A DNA stretch of 64,000 nucleotides from Trichormus sp. ATA11-4-KO1 (GCA_019358915.1 JAHHIM010000016.1:26007-90006), one strand, 5' to 3'. Shown: positions 43,030-54,102, counted from the first letter of the stretch. Program-made: numbers and translations. Notes: generated by a model from the letters alone, not told the origin.

Positions 43030-43173
43030 GAATTTGACATCAAAGTTAGTAGCCAGAACACATGAAAAAGCGGCAGTTAGACTAAGGACTAGAGCTAGTA
43101 TATTTGACTCACACTCCCCTTTGACTTCGCTCAGGGCAAGCGCACTCAGCACTTAGAGAAGCACTTTTTAAAT

Positions 43174-44577
43174 ATGACTCGCGTGATTGAGAAAAAGAAT
43201 CTGTCAATAGCAGAAGCTTGGAAACTGCTAGAAGAATCGATAATCTATTACCACGGAAAACCCATTGGGACTGTAGCCGCCCATGATCCGAAGTTAGATG
43301 CACTTAATTATGACCAATGCTTTCTCCGCGATTTTGTCTCCTCGGCTTTAGTGTTTCTGATGGACGGCAAACCAGAGATTGTCCGTAACTTTTTAGTAGA
43401 AACATTGAAATTACAAAGCCATGAAAAGCAGATGGACTGCTTTCAACCAGGTTCAGGGTTAATGCCTGCCAGTTTTAAGGTGGAATACAATGGCAGCGAA
43501 GAATTTTTAGTCGCAGATTTTGGGGAACATGCGATCGCTCGTGTTCCTCCCATTGATTCTTGTTTGTGGTGGATTATCCTGCTCCGGGCTTATGAAAAAG
43601 CTACAGGTGATTTAGCTTTGGCACGTCAGCCAGAATTTCAAGAGGGAATCAAGCTGATTTTGGATCTTTGTTTGGTGCATCGGTTTGCCATGTACCCCAC
43701 AATGCTGGTTCCCGATGGCGCGTTTATGATTGACCGTCGTATGGGGGTATACGAACATCCTCTAGAAATTCAGGTGTTATTTTATGCCGCCCTCATTGCA
43801 TCTCGAGAATTGCTCTTACCAGATGGCGATGGCGATGACTACCTAAAAATGCTCACAGGGCGATTGGGTGCTTTAAAGTATCACGTCCGCAACTATTACT
43901 GGCTAGACCTGAAGCGGTTAAGCGAAATTTATCGTTATAAGGGTGATGAATTTGGTAAAGAAGTTGCTAACAAGTTCAACATCTACTCAGAATCAATCCC
44001 TCATTGGTTAACCGAGTGGTTACCAGAAGATGGAGGATATTTAGCTGGGAATCTCGGCCCAGGAAGAATGGATTTTCGCTTTTTTGCTTTGGGAAATCTC
44101 ATGGCAGTTATCGCTTCTTTAGCCAGCGAATCAGAATCTCAAAGCATCATGAATTTATTTGCCAATCGCTGGCAAGACCTAATTGGTCATATGCCTGTAA
44201 AAATTTGCTTTCCTGCTTTGACAGGTTTAGAGTGGCAAATGACCACCGGATGTGACCCGAAAAATAGCCCTTGGTCTTATCATAATGGCGGTAACTGGCC
44301 AGTTTTACTGTGGTTATTTACCGCAGCCACCCAAAAAACAGGCCGGGTGGAACTTGCCGAGCAAGCGATCGCTATTGCCGAAGAGCGTTTATATCAAGAT
44401 CACTTTCCTGAATATTACGATGGTAATTATGGTCGTTTAATTGGCAAAGAAGCCCGACTTTATCAAACTTGGAGCATTGCCGGATTATTGGTAGCAAAAC
44501 AGTTACTGGCCAATCCTGATTATTTAGAATTAATTAGTTTTGCGGAAATTGCTGATAATTTGGGCTGTGCTTTGTAA
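43174..44577 (+). CDS. invA: Alkaline/neutral invertase (GH100)
   Basis: [41 protein letters not shown]. Confidence 0.9.
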   Translation: MTRVIEKKNLSIAEAWKLLEESIIYYHGKPIGTVAAHDPKLDALNYDQCFLRDFVSSALVFLMDGKPEIVRNFLVETLKLQSHEKQMDCFQPGSGLMPASFKVEYNGSEEFLVADFGEHAIARVPPIDSCLWWIILLRAYEKATGDLALARQPEFQEGIKLILDLCLVHRFAMYPTMLVPDGAFMIDRRMGVYEHPLEIQVLFYAALIASRELLLPDGDGDDYLKMLTGRLGALKYHVRNYYWLDLKRLSEIYRYKGDEFGKEVANKFNIYSESIPHWLTEWLPEDGGYLAGNLGPGRMDFRFFALGNLMAVIASLASESESQSIMNLFANRWQDLIGHMPVKICFPALTGLEWQMTTGCDPKNSPWSYHNGGNWPVLLWLFTAATQKTGRVELAEQAIAIAEERLYQDHFPEYYDGNYGRLIGKEARLYQTWSIAGLLVAKQLLANPDYLELISFAEIADNLGCAL

Positions 44578-44739
44578 GTAATAAAACATAGCAGTTGCCA
44601 ATTAGCTGTTGGTATTATTGAAACTTCTTAAACGAGAGGTACTGTGCGGTTAACCTAATCTTCACAATCGTCATGTACGAAGTGAATAGCTATTTAGTGT
44701 AAAACCAAATCGCTGGGAGTCCTAACGGAGTTAATACCA

Positions 44740-46638
44740 ATGCACCGCCCATATAAGCCTCTCCTCACCCAAGCAGCGATCGCTGTGACATTTACGGCTG
44801 GATTAATCGCCGCGCCAGTGAATGCGGCAACCTTCCGCGTTAATCCCTATTTACAGCAACCATCAACCGATGGCATGTATTTTACTTGGTTCACTGAGGA
44901 AGATACGGCTGGTACACTCACTGTAACCGGACCTGGGCTAAACAATCCCTTAACATTTACCAGCACACCTGCTATCAAACCAGAACTTGCCTACACAACT
45001 GCTGAGAAAAACCAAAATATTGCTGGTCTTCCCCAAGGTTCCTGGTTACTGGGTGACAATAACTACAAACATACCGTAGATGTGCGTGGCTTACAACCTG
45101 GAACGACTTACGATTACACGGTAACCCAAGGGTCAAGCGTTTTTAATGCTACCTTCAAAACAGCTCCGAGCAAAGATGACTGGACTAGCATCCGCTTCAT
45201 TGCCATGTCCGACAGCGAGACTGAGCCGGCTGGACGTTCTAGCCGCCGCGAATGGCAACCAGGGGCGCTAGCTGATGGCTCGGCGATGCGTCCTGAACTC
45301 AGTGATAGCCAATGGGCGAATATCTTCGGTACAGCAGGCTCTGGTGGATCACAGACACTACGCTATATGTTGACAGAAACAGAGGGTTATCAACGCAACT
45401 TAGCGATCGTCAACAGTCGTCAACCTGACTTCCTGATCATGCCTGGTGATTTGGTGCAAGGCGGCGGTTATCAACCAGGCTGGGATGAGTTTTTCCGCCA
45501 CAATGCCGGCGAGTTCGATAGTGGACTTTCAACATATCCATTGCTTCCAGCTTTAGGAAATTGGGAAAATTTTGGCGCACTGAACGGCGGTTATGGCACT
45601 GACGCTGATGGACGTTTTGGCCCAAAATTTGGCCGCGACAAGTATCACGTTTACTTTGATGCACCTGATAACGGAACACCAGAACACCAGGACAACTACT
45701 ACCGCATTGACTACGGCCCCGTAACTATTATCACCCTCGACAGTTCCAACGGCGAACCAGACGATCGCCGGAGTAACTATGGAGGCGAGAACCAACCACC
45801 CAAGATAAGCGGGCTTGATTACACTGGCCCTGGTACCGACACTCAGGAAAACTACACACGCGAGCAGTATGAAGCTGCTGGCGGTACTGACCTTGCTGAC
45901 TTTAACCCTGGTAGTCCCCAGTGGAACTGGGCAAAAGCACAATTAGAAGATGCCCGTGCCCAAGGTCAAATGATTTTCGTGCAGTTCCATCACGCACCCT
46001 ATAGCAGTGGTGAACACGGGCAACCGATGAACCACGTACTCTCAACAGGTCAAGGCGGTACACCAATGCGCCAATATCACAGCATGTTCGAGCAATACGG
46101 TGTCTTGGCTGTGTTATCTGGTCATAGCGAAATGTTTGAGCGCAGCTTCTTTGACGAAAACGGCGACGGTATCGGTGTGCAATACTATGATGTAGGTGTA
46201 TCAGGTGACGGTCTGCGTGGCGAAAAACGCGCAGGTTCCAGCTTGAGTGACCCTCTACTTAAGTACAACAGCTTTAGCCAATGGACAGCCGACCAAAACG
46301 AAGGTGAGTTGTGGCAGGAAATTGAAGGTGCATTGCAACTAGTGAGTGGGGGCAAGCACTACGGACATCTTGAGGTCAACTTAGAACGACTCAATGATGG
46401 GCAAGCAAAGATTACCCTGACACCAGTGTATAGTTTTCCCATCCTAGACGGAGACTACAATCTAGTACGTACTGAACGCCGTGTCTATGGCGATGAGATT
46501 ACGCTTTTGGCTGGTGTTGATGGGCAAATCTTCAGAACAGTTCCTGAATCAAGCTCAATGCTTGGTTTGTTGGCCTTTGGGTTTTGTACCCTAGCAGTCA
46601 AATTGCGAAATAGCCACAAAACAAAGCCTAATCTTTAG
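44740..46638 (+). CDS. Secreted purple-acid-phosphatase-like metallophosphoesterase with FN3-like region and PEP-CTERM tail
   Basis: Signal peptide; SD, GDLV, GNWE, HH.PYSS, SGHSE motifs; VPE + TM + basic tail. Confidence 0.82.
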   Translation: MHRPYKPLLTQAAIAVTFTAGLIAAPVNAATFRVNPYLQQPSTDGMYFTWFTEEDTAGTLTVTGPGLNNPLTFTSTPAIKPELAYTTAEKNQNIAGLPQGSWLLGDNNYKHTVDVRGLQPGTTYDYTVTQGSSVFNATFKTAPSKDDWTSIRFIAMSDSETEPAGRSSRREWQPGALADGSAMRPELSDSQWANIFGTAGSGGSQTLRYMLTETEGYQRNLAIVNSRQPDFLIMPGDLVQGGGYQPGWDEFFRHNAGEFDSGLSTYPLLPALGNWENFGALNGGYGTDADGRFGPKFGRDKYHVYFDAPDNGTPEHQDNYYRIDYGPVTIITLDSSNGEPDDRRSNYGGENQPPKISGLDYTGPGTDTQENYTREQYEAAGGTDLADFNPGSPQWNWAKAQLEDARAQGQMIFVQFHHAPYSSGEHGQPMNHVLSTGQGGTPMRQYHSMFEQYGVLAVLSGHSEMFERSFFDENGDGIGVQYYDVGVSGDGLRGEKRAGSSLSDPLLKYNSFSQWTADQNEGELWQEIEGALQLVSGGKHYGHLEVNLERLNDGQAKITLTPVYSFPILDGDYNLVRTERRVYGDEITLLAGVDGQIFRTVPESSSMLGLLAFGFCTLAVKLRNSHKTKPNL

Positions 46639-46752
46639 CACCAGGCGAATAGAAGTCACGGTTGTATTGAAGAAAGTGCGATATCGCTAATGTCAGTCGC
46701 CTGCAAAGCTTTGCGGGGTCAAATTGAGACAAAAGGCGATCGCCTTTTATTA

Positions 46753-46951
46753 ACGTGAATTCGATGAACCTCACCCCAACCCCTCTCCGACACGGAGAGG
46801 GGCAAAAATCTCCCTAGGTTTTGAACTAAAAATCAAGGTTTCAAAGCCTCTACGCCACTTGCTACAACGCGGGGAACCCGCGCAACGCAGTGGCTCCTCC
46901 TGGCAGGGGAGAGGTTTGGAGAGGGGTTTTTTCCACTTGTCGAACTCACGT
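46753..46951. mobile_element. About 200-bp MITE with ACGTGA(G/A)TTCGA TIRs and a nested 44-nt hairpin repeat (46852-46895)
   Basis: acgtgaattcga ... tcgaactcacgt flanked by TTTATTA on both sides. Confidence 0.8.
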
Positions 46952-47117
46952 TTTATTATGCAATGTATTATGATTATGCGTCATTATAGTCAGGTCAGCA
47001 GAACTTTGAGTATTTACCGTCTGAGCAGAGGCTGATATCTTAGAAAAAGATAGGCAAGTAGCTGACATTATGACCAAGATTCAAGCCTCTTAGGAAGTTA
47101 AATTAGGAGAAAGTTAG

Positions 47118-47342
47118 ATGAATCTTGAAGAAGCAGTATTAGAAAAATTACGCCATTTACCTGTGGATAAACAGCAGCAACTATTAGAGTTTGCAGAATT
47201 TTTGTATCAAAAAACTAATCTTAAAACTCCTTTAAGGACTGTTAGAGGATTATGTGCTGATTTAAAAGTAGATATTACTGAAGAAGATATTGCTCAAGCA
47301 CGTCAAGAAATGTGGAGTAATTTCCCCAGGGATATCGTTTAA
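47118..47342 (+). CDS. Putative antitoxin (DUF2281-like)
   Basis: LEKLRHLP..KQQQLLEFAEFL; overlaps the start of a PIN gene. Confidence 0.75.
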   Translation: MNLEEAVLEKLRHLPVDKQQQLLEFAEFLYQKTNLKTPLRTVRGLCADLKVDITEEDIAQARQEMWSNFPRDIV

Positions 47343-47614
47343 TGACATCGGTAGTAGCAGATACACACACTTTAATTTGGTACGTTTTTGACTTGCAAAG
47401 ATTGTCATCAGCCGCATTAACAGCGTTGGAAAAAGCAGTTAATACAGGCAATCCTATTTATGTATCAGCTATCACAATCATAGAAATTGCTTATTTAGTT
47501 GAGAAAGGACGCTTTTCCGAAGAGGTATTAACACGAATTTTATGGGTGGGAAAATTTATCGCTAGGATAAGGCAGAAGGCAGAAGGCAGGAGGCAGAAGG
47601 GAAGAGGGTTTTAA
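47342..47614 (+). pseudogene. VapC/PIN toxin truncated by a repeat element
   Basis: VADTHTLIW, VSAITIIEIAYL, then the frame runs into (aggcaga)n; C-terminal acidic residues absent. Confidence 0.78.
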
Positions 47615-47664
47615 GCTGATTCATTTTTCTTTACATAGTTGATTTTATTTGTGCCTACCTACTT
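47541..47664. mobile_element. Degenerate MITE-like element containing AGGCAGA heptamers
   Basis: tgggtggg... and ...tgcctacctactta imperfect inverted ends. Confidence 0.5.
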
Positions 47665-47703
47665 ACCAATTCAAAAAAATGTTTGAAATAGCAAACATAT
47701 CTA

Positions 47704-49917
47704 TTATGCAACACCAGTATTCTCTACTGCCTGATGACTGCGAACTGAGTCAGGAAATTTTTGACGAGCTTTTGCCAGATTACTAATATAGTAACAGTTG
47801 TGAGGTTCATTTTGAGGAATCACACCATTGACTATTTGTCCTAATATATTTTGTCCAGATTTTTCCAAAAATTCTTTAGCAAAAGTTGCATTTACTGAAT
47901 CAACAACCCCTGGACGAACTACTAACAAAACACCGTCAGCCATTTGACCTAGAGTCGCAGCATCAGCAGCAACATTTAATGCGGGAGCATCAATAATTGC
48001 AAAGTCGTAGTTAGCAGCAAATTTTTTGATTAAAGCTGCCATTCGTTTCGAGTCTAGAAGAGATGCTGGATTAGGGGGGATGATTCCCGAAGTTAGAACA
48101 TCTAAATTATGCATAACTTTTTTGATGCCTATGTTGATTGCAGATTGCTCAACAATCAAATTAGTCAGTCCTTGATTATTAGTCAGTTCCCAGATTTTAT
48201 GTTGCGCTGGACTGTGCAAATCTCCATCTATTAGTAAGACTTTCCGTTCCATCTGTGCAATGACTACAGCTAAATTAGCAGCTACAGTTGACTTACCTTC
48301 AGAAGGTACAGAACTAGTAATAACTGTAACTTTTAGCTCTTGATCAGTACTCATCAACCTCAGATTAGATCGTAGCATTCGGTAAGCTTCACTAATAGGA
48401 GATTGGGGAGCATTACGAACCAAAAGGCTTTTGTTGTGTAACTCTGGCTCTTTTTGACTACGAAATAATTTTTTGGGTTTGCTAAAGGAAGGAATCATTC
48501 CTAGTACAGTCAATCCTAATAATTCTTTAGCCTCATCAACAGTCTTAATTGATTTATCTCTGGTTTCTAACAGCAAGATAGCCCCTAAAGTAGTTATGAT
48601 AGCTAGTAGAGCAGCACTCAATATCATAAATGAAATATTAATAGGCTCTTCAGGAACTTGAGCCTGGGAGATCATACTTGCATTATTGACATTTTGATAT
48701 TCAGTTATCCGGCTTTCTTGCAGCTTTTGTAGCAGAATTGTATAGGTAGATTGTGCAGCTTGTACTTTACGTTCTAACTGGCGCTGTTGTTGTTCCAATT
48801 TCGGCATATTGTTCAGCCGTTGTTGATAATTAGCTTGTGAGCTAGATAAAGCTGCTGCTTGACGTTCTAAACCAAGTTGGGTAGATTCTAATTCTGCCAG
48901 TTGTGCAGATATCTGCTGTTGTAATACTCCTAGTTGAAAGTTGTGATTTATTGGTTGTGGTGTATTTGTGCCTGTAACTTGTTTAATGCGTTGTTGCAGT
49001 AGTAGTTTTAAAGAGTTTAACTTATCTTCTAAATCTATAATTTGTGGATGGGCATCTTGCAAAACAGTACGCCTGTCTATAAGTTGTGACTCTAATTGTT
49101 GAATTTCTGTGAGCAGATTTTGTACCCCTGGAATTTGGCTTAGAGAAGTCATCATCACTGCTTGTTGGGAGTTCATACCCAACTGTTTGCGGATTTCTTG
49201 AGACTGTGCATTCACATTAGCAATTTGCGACTGAGTTGTACTGATTTGCTTTTCTAAATCAGTAATTACTTCTACCGCCTTAATTGCTTCCTCTTGCAGA
49301 GAAACAATTTTGTTTTTTTCTTTAAATCCTGCCAGTTCTGCTTCTGCTTGACGAACAACTAATTCAGCATTTGGCAGTTGTTGTTCTATAAATTTACGAG
49401 CCGATACTGCTTCAAATCGGTGTGTATATACGTTGTATTCTAAATAAATAGCCATCAACGTATTTACAACCTGTGCAGCTAATTGGGGATTTGTATCCTG
49501 ATATTTGACTAGTAGAATATCAGTCTGATCGATTTCAGCTACAGTCAGGTTTTTCAGAAATGCCGACAATTTCATGGGCATTCCTTTGTCATCTTTTAGA
49601 TTCAACTTGTTTATAGTATTTTGGACAATAGGTACAGAACGTATGATTTCGGCTTGTGTATTTAAAGGATTACTTTGCCCAGAATTTACAGATTCTAGTT
49701 TGTTAACTTCTGTTCCTAGTCCTGTAATATTAGAAATTGTGTTTGTTTTCTGAAATAGCAGTTTTCCTTCTGCTATATAAATAGATTTCCTGAGCATTAA
49801 AGGTAGCAATAAAATCAAGAAAACTGGAAAGAAAATTCCTATAGCAGACATCCAACGACGCTGAAGAACCTGTAGGTATGTATCAAGATTGATAGTATGT
49901 TCTTTTGGTAGTTCCAT
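47704..49917 (-). CDS. GumC/Wzc-type polysaccharide co-polymerase / tyrosine kinase
   Basis: Two TMs around a coiled coil; EAYRMLR, SEGKST Walker A, IIDAP. Confidence 0.92.
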   Translation of the reverse strand: MELPKEHTINLDTYLQVLQRRWMSAIGIFFPVFLILLLPLMLRKSIYIAEGKLLFQKTNTISNITGLGTEVNKLESVNSGQSNPLNTQAEIIRSVPIVQNTINKLNLKDDKGMPMKLSAFLKNLTVAEIDQTDILLVKYQDTNPQLAAQVVNTLMAIYLEYNVYTHRFEAVSARKFIEQQLPNAELVVRQAEAELAGFKEKNKIVSLQEEAIKAVEVITDLEKQISTTQSQIANVNAQSQEIRKQLGMNSQQAVMMTSLSQIPGVQNLLTEIQQLESQLIDRRTVLQDAHPQIIDLEDKLNSLKLLLQQRIKQVTGTNTPQPINHNFQLGVLQQQISAQLAELESTQLGLERQAAALSSSQANYQQRLNNMPKLEQQQRQLERKVQAAQSTYTILLQKLQESRITEYQNVNNASMISQAQVPEEPINISFMILSAALLAIITTLGAILLLETRDKSIKTVDEAKELLGLTVLGMIPSFSKPKKLFRSQKEPELHNKSLLVRNAPQSPISEAYRMLRSNLRLMSTDQELKVTVITSSVPSEGKSTVAANLAVVIAQMERKVLLIDGDLHSPAQHKIWELTNNQGLTNLIVEQSAINIGIKKVMHNLDVLTSGIIPPNPASLLDSKRMAALIKKFAANYDFAIIDAPALNVAADAATLGQMADGVLLVVRPGVVDSVNATFAKEFLEKSGQNILGQIVNGVIPQNEPHNCYYISNLAKARQKFPDSVRSHQAVENTGVA

Positions 49918-50039
49918 AAATCTATTAATATTTTCTTCTAGTAAATATGAAAAATTACATGTTGCCAAAATGCCAACAAGATAAATAGTTTATTAACTGA
50001 TATCTTGCATCATTCTCAATAACCTCAGAGAGGCACTGC

Positions 50040-51191
50040 TTAAAGTTTGCTCAAACCTTTATTTTTATAGTGAATTTCTACAATCCCACTAATTACTCGC
50101 TCTAAATCTTCATCTGTAAGATTAGAACCAGAAGGTAAGCAAAGACCATGTACAAATAAATCTTCTGCTACGGCACCTCCAATACATTCACATTCAGTAA
50201 ACACAGGCTGGAGGTGTAAAGGTTTCCAAACAGGACGAGTTTCAATTTGTTTGGCAGCAAGTGCAATGCGGATTTGTTCGCGGTTTGCACCAAAAGCCTC
50301 CGCATCTATTGTCAAGCAGGTTAGCCAGCGCGTAGCCTGTCCATAATCAGCTTCAGGCATAAATTTTATCCCTGGTAAATTTCCCAAAGCAGAAGCATAA
50401 ATTTCAAAGTTGCGTCGCCTAGCTGCAACTCGCTCACTCAAAACCAGCAACTGACCACGACCAATTCCAGCCAAAACGTTGCTAAGACGATAGTTATAGC
50501 CGATTTCTGCATGTTGGTAATGAGGCGCTGGATCACGTGCTTGGGTTGCCAGAAACCGGGCTTTTGCTACCAATTGTGGATCATTGGCAACCAACATCCC
50601 GCCACCGGAGGTAGTGATGATTTTATTACCATTGAAGGAGTAAATACCAATGCGTCCAAAGGTTCCAGGGGAATGTCCTTTGTAAGTTGCACCTAAAGCT
50701 TCGGCTGCATCTTCTATTAAGGGAAGATCATACTGATCACAAACCTTCAGGATAGGATCGATGTCTGCACTTTGACCATATAGATGTACAAGCACAACTG
50801 CTTTAGGTAATTTACCAATTTGTGCGCGGTGTTCTAGTGCTGACTGCAACAATTCAGGACTCATGTTCCAGGAAGTGCGATCGCTATCAATAAATACTGG
50901 TTTCGCCCCCAAGTAAGTAATAGGATTGGCGGTAGCTACAAACGTCAGGGTAGAACAAAATACCTCATCGCCAGATTCAACTCCAACTAATAGCAAAGCT
51001 AAATGCAGAGATGCTGTACCAGAACTAACAGCTGCTGCATAACCAGCACCAGTAACTTGACAAAATTCTTGCTCAAAAGCATCAATATGGGGGCCAACAG
51101 GCGCAATCCAGTTAGTGTCAAACGCTACTTTGACGAATTCTAACTCGCGATCGCCCATGTGGGGTGTTGACAGGAGAATTGGTTTGTTCAT
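50040..51191 (-). CDS. DegT/DnrJ/EryC1/StrS aminotransferase (PglE-like)
   Basis: NWIAPVGP, IEDAAEALG, SFNGNKIITTSGGG, RPVWKPLH. Confidence 0.92.
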   Translation of the reverse strand: MNKPILLSTPHMGDRELEFVKVAFDTNWIAPVGPHIDAFEQEFCQVTGAGYAAAVSSGTASLHLALLLVGVESGDEVFCSTLTFVATANPITYLGAKPVFIDSDRTSWNMSPELLQSALEHRAQIGKLPKAVVLVHLYGQSADIDPILKVCDQYDLPLIEDAAEALGATYKGHSPGTFGRIGIYSFNGNKIITTSGGGMLVANDPQLVAKARFLATQARDPAPHYQHAEIGYNYRLSNVLAGIGRGQLLVLSERVAARRRNFEIYASALGNLPGIKFMPEADYGQATRWLTCLTIDAEAFGANREQIRIALAAKQIETRPVWKPLHLQPVFTECECIGGAVAEDLFVHGLCLPSGSNLTDEDLERVISGIVEIHYKNKGLSKL

Positions 51192-51317
51192 CTTGATTTA
51201 ATGTCAAAAAGTATCCTGTCCAAATGTTTAAGGTCAGTAAACCTCATCAAACTTTTCTTTTTAATTAATCATCTGGATTAGTTCTTTTGATTTTCATCAG
51301 ATATTTTCTCAAATTTA

Positions 51318-52394
51318 TTACTTAGGTGAGGAACGGTAAGCAGGAAAATAATTAGAATTAAGTAGCGTTTGTGGTTCAGTATTTAATAATTTTGCTCTTG
51401 CCAATACTAAATTAGTATATTTTTCCTCATCTATAATTAAACGTAATGTTAAAAAAGGATGTCTTTGTTTAGAAAATCCAGCTTTAAAATTGTAAAGACT
51501 ATCCTTTGCTGCCCCAACTCCACCCCCAAGGTGCAAAACTTTATTACCACGTTCCTTAGCCCATAAACGAACATAATCAAACATTAACTTACTGGGAGTT
51601 TGTTTTAAAAATTCGCTTTTTGTTCCTCCTAAATGGTATTGAACAATTCCACAGCATTCTGTAAAAATGCCAGCACAGGCAACTTGATTAGCTAATTCAA
51701 CAATACACAAGTGAACTTTTTCATTCAGATTTGCTAAATTATTAAAATATTCACTATCAAAGTAAAAAGATTTTTTTGCATCTACACGGTTCATCGTTTG
51801 ATGATATATGAAAATGAAATCATCTATGTACTCTGCTAAAGGCACAATTTTAGCAATAAATCCAGCACGTTTACAGCGATTGATATGAGTGCGATGTTCT
51901 GGCCGAGTTTGATGCCAAATTTCTTCTACAGATACCGTTAAATCAATAGATACTGTTTCTCCACTTATAGAAAATATTTGAGACGATAATTTCTGATCAA
52001 AGCCTTGATTAATTATTGGATGTAACCGCAAGAAGGCAGAACAAACTTTTCTTTCTTGTAATACTCGCATTAACTCTTGTATTGCTAATTTTAAAAATTC
52101 TGGTGTGCTAGCTGCTACTTCATTCAATAAAATTCCAGGATAACCGTTAGGAGAGACAATATCAAAGATATCTTTGTATTCTAGGCAATCGTCAAACAAC
52201 TGATTACAAGAACGTAGTAAATAAGGTAAATAAAATATTTTGTCATCTTCAGATATAAGAATAGCTTGAGGAATTGAATTAGTTCTTTTACCTTCTGTAT
52301 ATAAATATTCAGGTAAATGATAAACATCATGTTCTAAGTATTGCAAAATATCTAGCCAGGTTTTATCTAAAAAATTGACTATTTGAAAATTCAT
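51318..52394 (-). CDS. FemAB-like GNAT-fold acyl/aminoacyl transferase
   Basis: DVYHLP.Y, F.RLHP, QYHLGGT, LHLGGG...DSL.NFK.GF, YFPAYR. Confidence 0.75.
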   Translation of the reverse strand: MNFQIVNFLDKTWLDILQYLEHDVYHLPEYLYTEGKRTNSIPQAILISEDDKIFYLPYLLRSCNQLFDDCLEYKDIFDIVSPNGYPGILLNEVAASTPEFLKLAIQELMRVLQERKVCSAFLRLHPIINQGFDQKLSSQIFSISGETVSIDLTVSVEEIWHQTRPEHRTHINRCKRAGFIAKIVPLAEYIDDFIFIYHQTMNRVDAKKSFYFDSEYFNNLANLNEKVHLCIVELANQVACAGIFTECCGIVQYHLGGTKSEFLKQTPSKLMFDYVRLWAKERGNKVLHLGGGVGAAKDSLYNFKAGFSKQRHPFLTLRLIIDEEKYTNLVLARAKLLNTEPQTLLNSNYFPAYRSSPK

Positions 52395-52461
52395 ACCTTT
52401 CTCCTAAATCACCATAAATTTCTCATTTTTATATCAAACTTGCTTGAGGAATAAAACTTAA

Positions 52462-53331
52462 TTAATCATGACCAGTTAAGCGGTAGTATCTATTTGGATA
52501 ACGCCAACGAATATATTTTTCTACGATGGGATTTATACATACTTTCGCAGGAATATACTGCACTGGAAAACCCATTTTTTCTTTATAAAAACACAGTGAT
52601 GCTACTTCCCGTGAGTGCAAACCATCGATAATTTCGTAAATATTGCCAGAGCGGCGACAAATCTGTACAAATTCAAAGTTTAATCCTGTAACAATGCTGG
52701 CTGACATAGCTTGACTGTCATAATAGCCATGCATCATATATGCAGTACCATCCACTGCATAACCATCAATATATCCGCTTAACTTGTCTCCGATTAAAGC
52801 AGCAAGTATCACACAATGTTTATTAGCCGTATAGTTTTTGAGGCTGGCTAGATATTGGGCTTTAGAAGGAGGTTTTTTATGCCTAGTTCTTTCCAATGAG
52901 GAGCAAACAACTTCATACCCTTGTTCTTCTAAGACTTTGGTTCCGATCAACTGCACTATTTTTGCTGACTTGCGACATTTTCTCAAAGAATGTCTGCGCT
53001 TTTGTGGTAAATATTCTAAGTCGTACTCTTGAACGTTTGATAATACATGAATGGGAACATACCCGTTAGCATTTATTGCATTCTCTTGAGATAAGGTTGT
53101 ACGGTATCCCCAGCAAAATCGTGTTGGAGAAGTTACTATATCAGAACTCAGACGAGCCATCAAATTAATTGGTTGATAGAAGCCTAACCGAAGTTTTTCC
53201 CAATAATGTCCACGATGATAGAGAACTTTTATTCCTTGTTGGCTACGCCAATGAGCCATCTCTACTTCTGTCATAGATATAATTTTAGCTGCGGATACAT
53301 CTCGGATTTGCGAATCTATATTCAAAAGCAT
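52462..53331 (-). CDS. Hypothetical protein, probable GNAT/Fem-like fold
   Basis: KRRHSLRK and SL..YKEKMGF segments resemble Fem-type domains. Confidence 0.55.
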   Translation of the reverse strand: MLLNIDSQIRDVSAAKIISMTEVEMAHWRSQQGIKVLYHRGHYWEKLRLGFYQPINLMARLSSDIVTSPTRFCWGYRTTLSQENAINANGYVPIHVLSNVQEYDLEYLPQKRRHSLRKCRKSAKIVQLIGTKVLEEQGYEVVCSSLERTRHKKPPSKAQYLASLKNYTANKHCVILAALIGDKLSGYIDGYAVDGTAYMMHGYYDSQAMSASIVTGLNFEFVQICRRSGNIYEIIDGLHSREVASLCFYKEKMGFPVQYIPAKVCINPIVEKYIRWRYPNRYYRLTGHD

Positions 53332-53466
53332 AGGTTTCTCAAGTCTCCATGAAGTGTATTTAATGTTTTAACTGTACAGACGTTTTATGAATTATTTCTA
53401 AGGGATGTTTGTAAAGTCTATTTACTACTATCATTGAAGTGGCGACCGTACAAATATTTCTATTTT

Positions 53467-54102
53467 TTATTGCTGTAATTCACCTTTAAATTCTGCTGCT
53501 GTAGCATGTCCTTCTTGGTTAATTCCATCTTGTTTGATTACTTTGAAAACTGTGAGGATAATGATTTTGAAGTCCAGCCATAAACTCCAGTTATCGACAT
53601 ACCAAATATCTAGTTGGAATTTTTGTCTCCAAGCTAGGGTATTGCGACCTTTTACCTGAGTTAAGCCTGTAATACCTGGTTTAACTTCGTGGCGGCGTGC
53701 TTGTTTAGGAGTATAGCGATTAAGATATCTGACTAATAGAGGACGCGGCCCAACAAAACTCATATCACCTTTAAATACGTTCCATAACTGAGGAAGTTCA
53801 TCTAAGCTTGTTTTACGCAGGAATTTACCAAAAGCTGTGAGGCGTTTTTCATCAGAGAGAAGATTACCTTCAGCATCACATTCATTGGTCATAGTACGGA
53901 ATTTGTAAAAAGTGAAGATATGGGCATTTTTTCCTGGTCTTGGTTGCGCGAAAATTACTGGATTACCCATGCGAATGTAAATAGCGATCGCAATTATCAC
54001 CATTATTGGAGAAAGAATCAATAAAGCGATCGCTGCTATAAATCTATCTGATATATACTTGACTAATTTACTGAAAGTTTTCGTAAAAATTTTTCTATTC
54101 AT
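53467..54102 (-). CDS. Initiating phosphoglycosyltransferase (PglC-like sugar transferase)
   Basis: YKFRTM, LRKTSLDELPQL.NV.KGDMS.VGPRP, KPGITG. Confidence 0.93.
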   Translation of the reverse strand: MNRKIFTKTFSKLVKYISDRFIAAIALLILSPIMVIIAIAIYIRMGNPVIFAQPRPGKNAHIFTFYKFRTMTNECDAEGNLLSDEKRLTAFGKFLRKTSLDELPQLWNVFKGDMSFVGPRPLLVRYLNRYTPKQARRHEVKPGITGLTQVKGRNTLAWRQKFQLDIWYVDNWSLWLDFKIIILTVFKVIKQDGINQEGHATAAEFKGELQQ

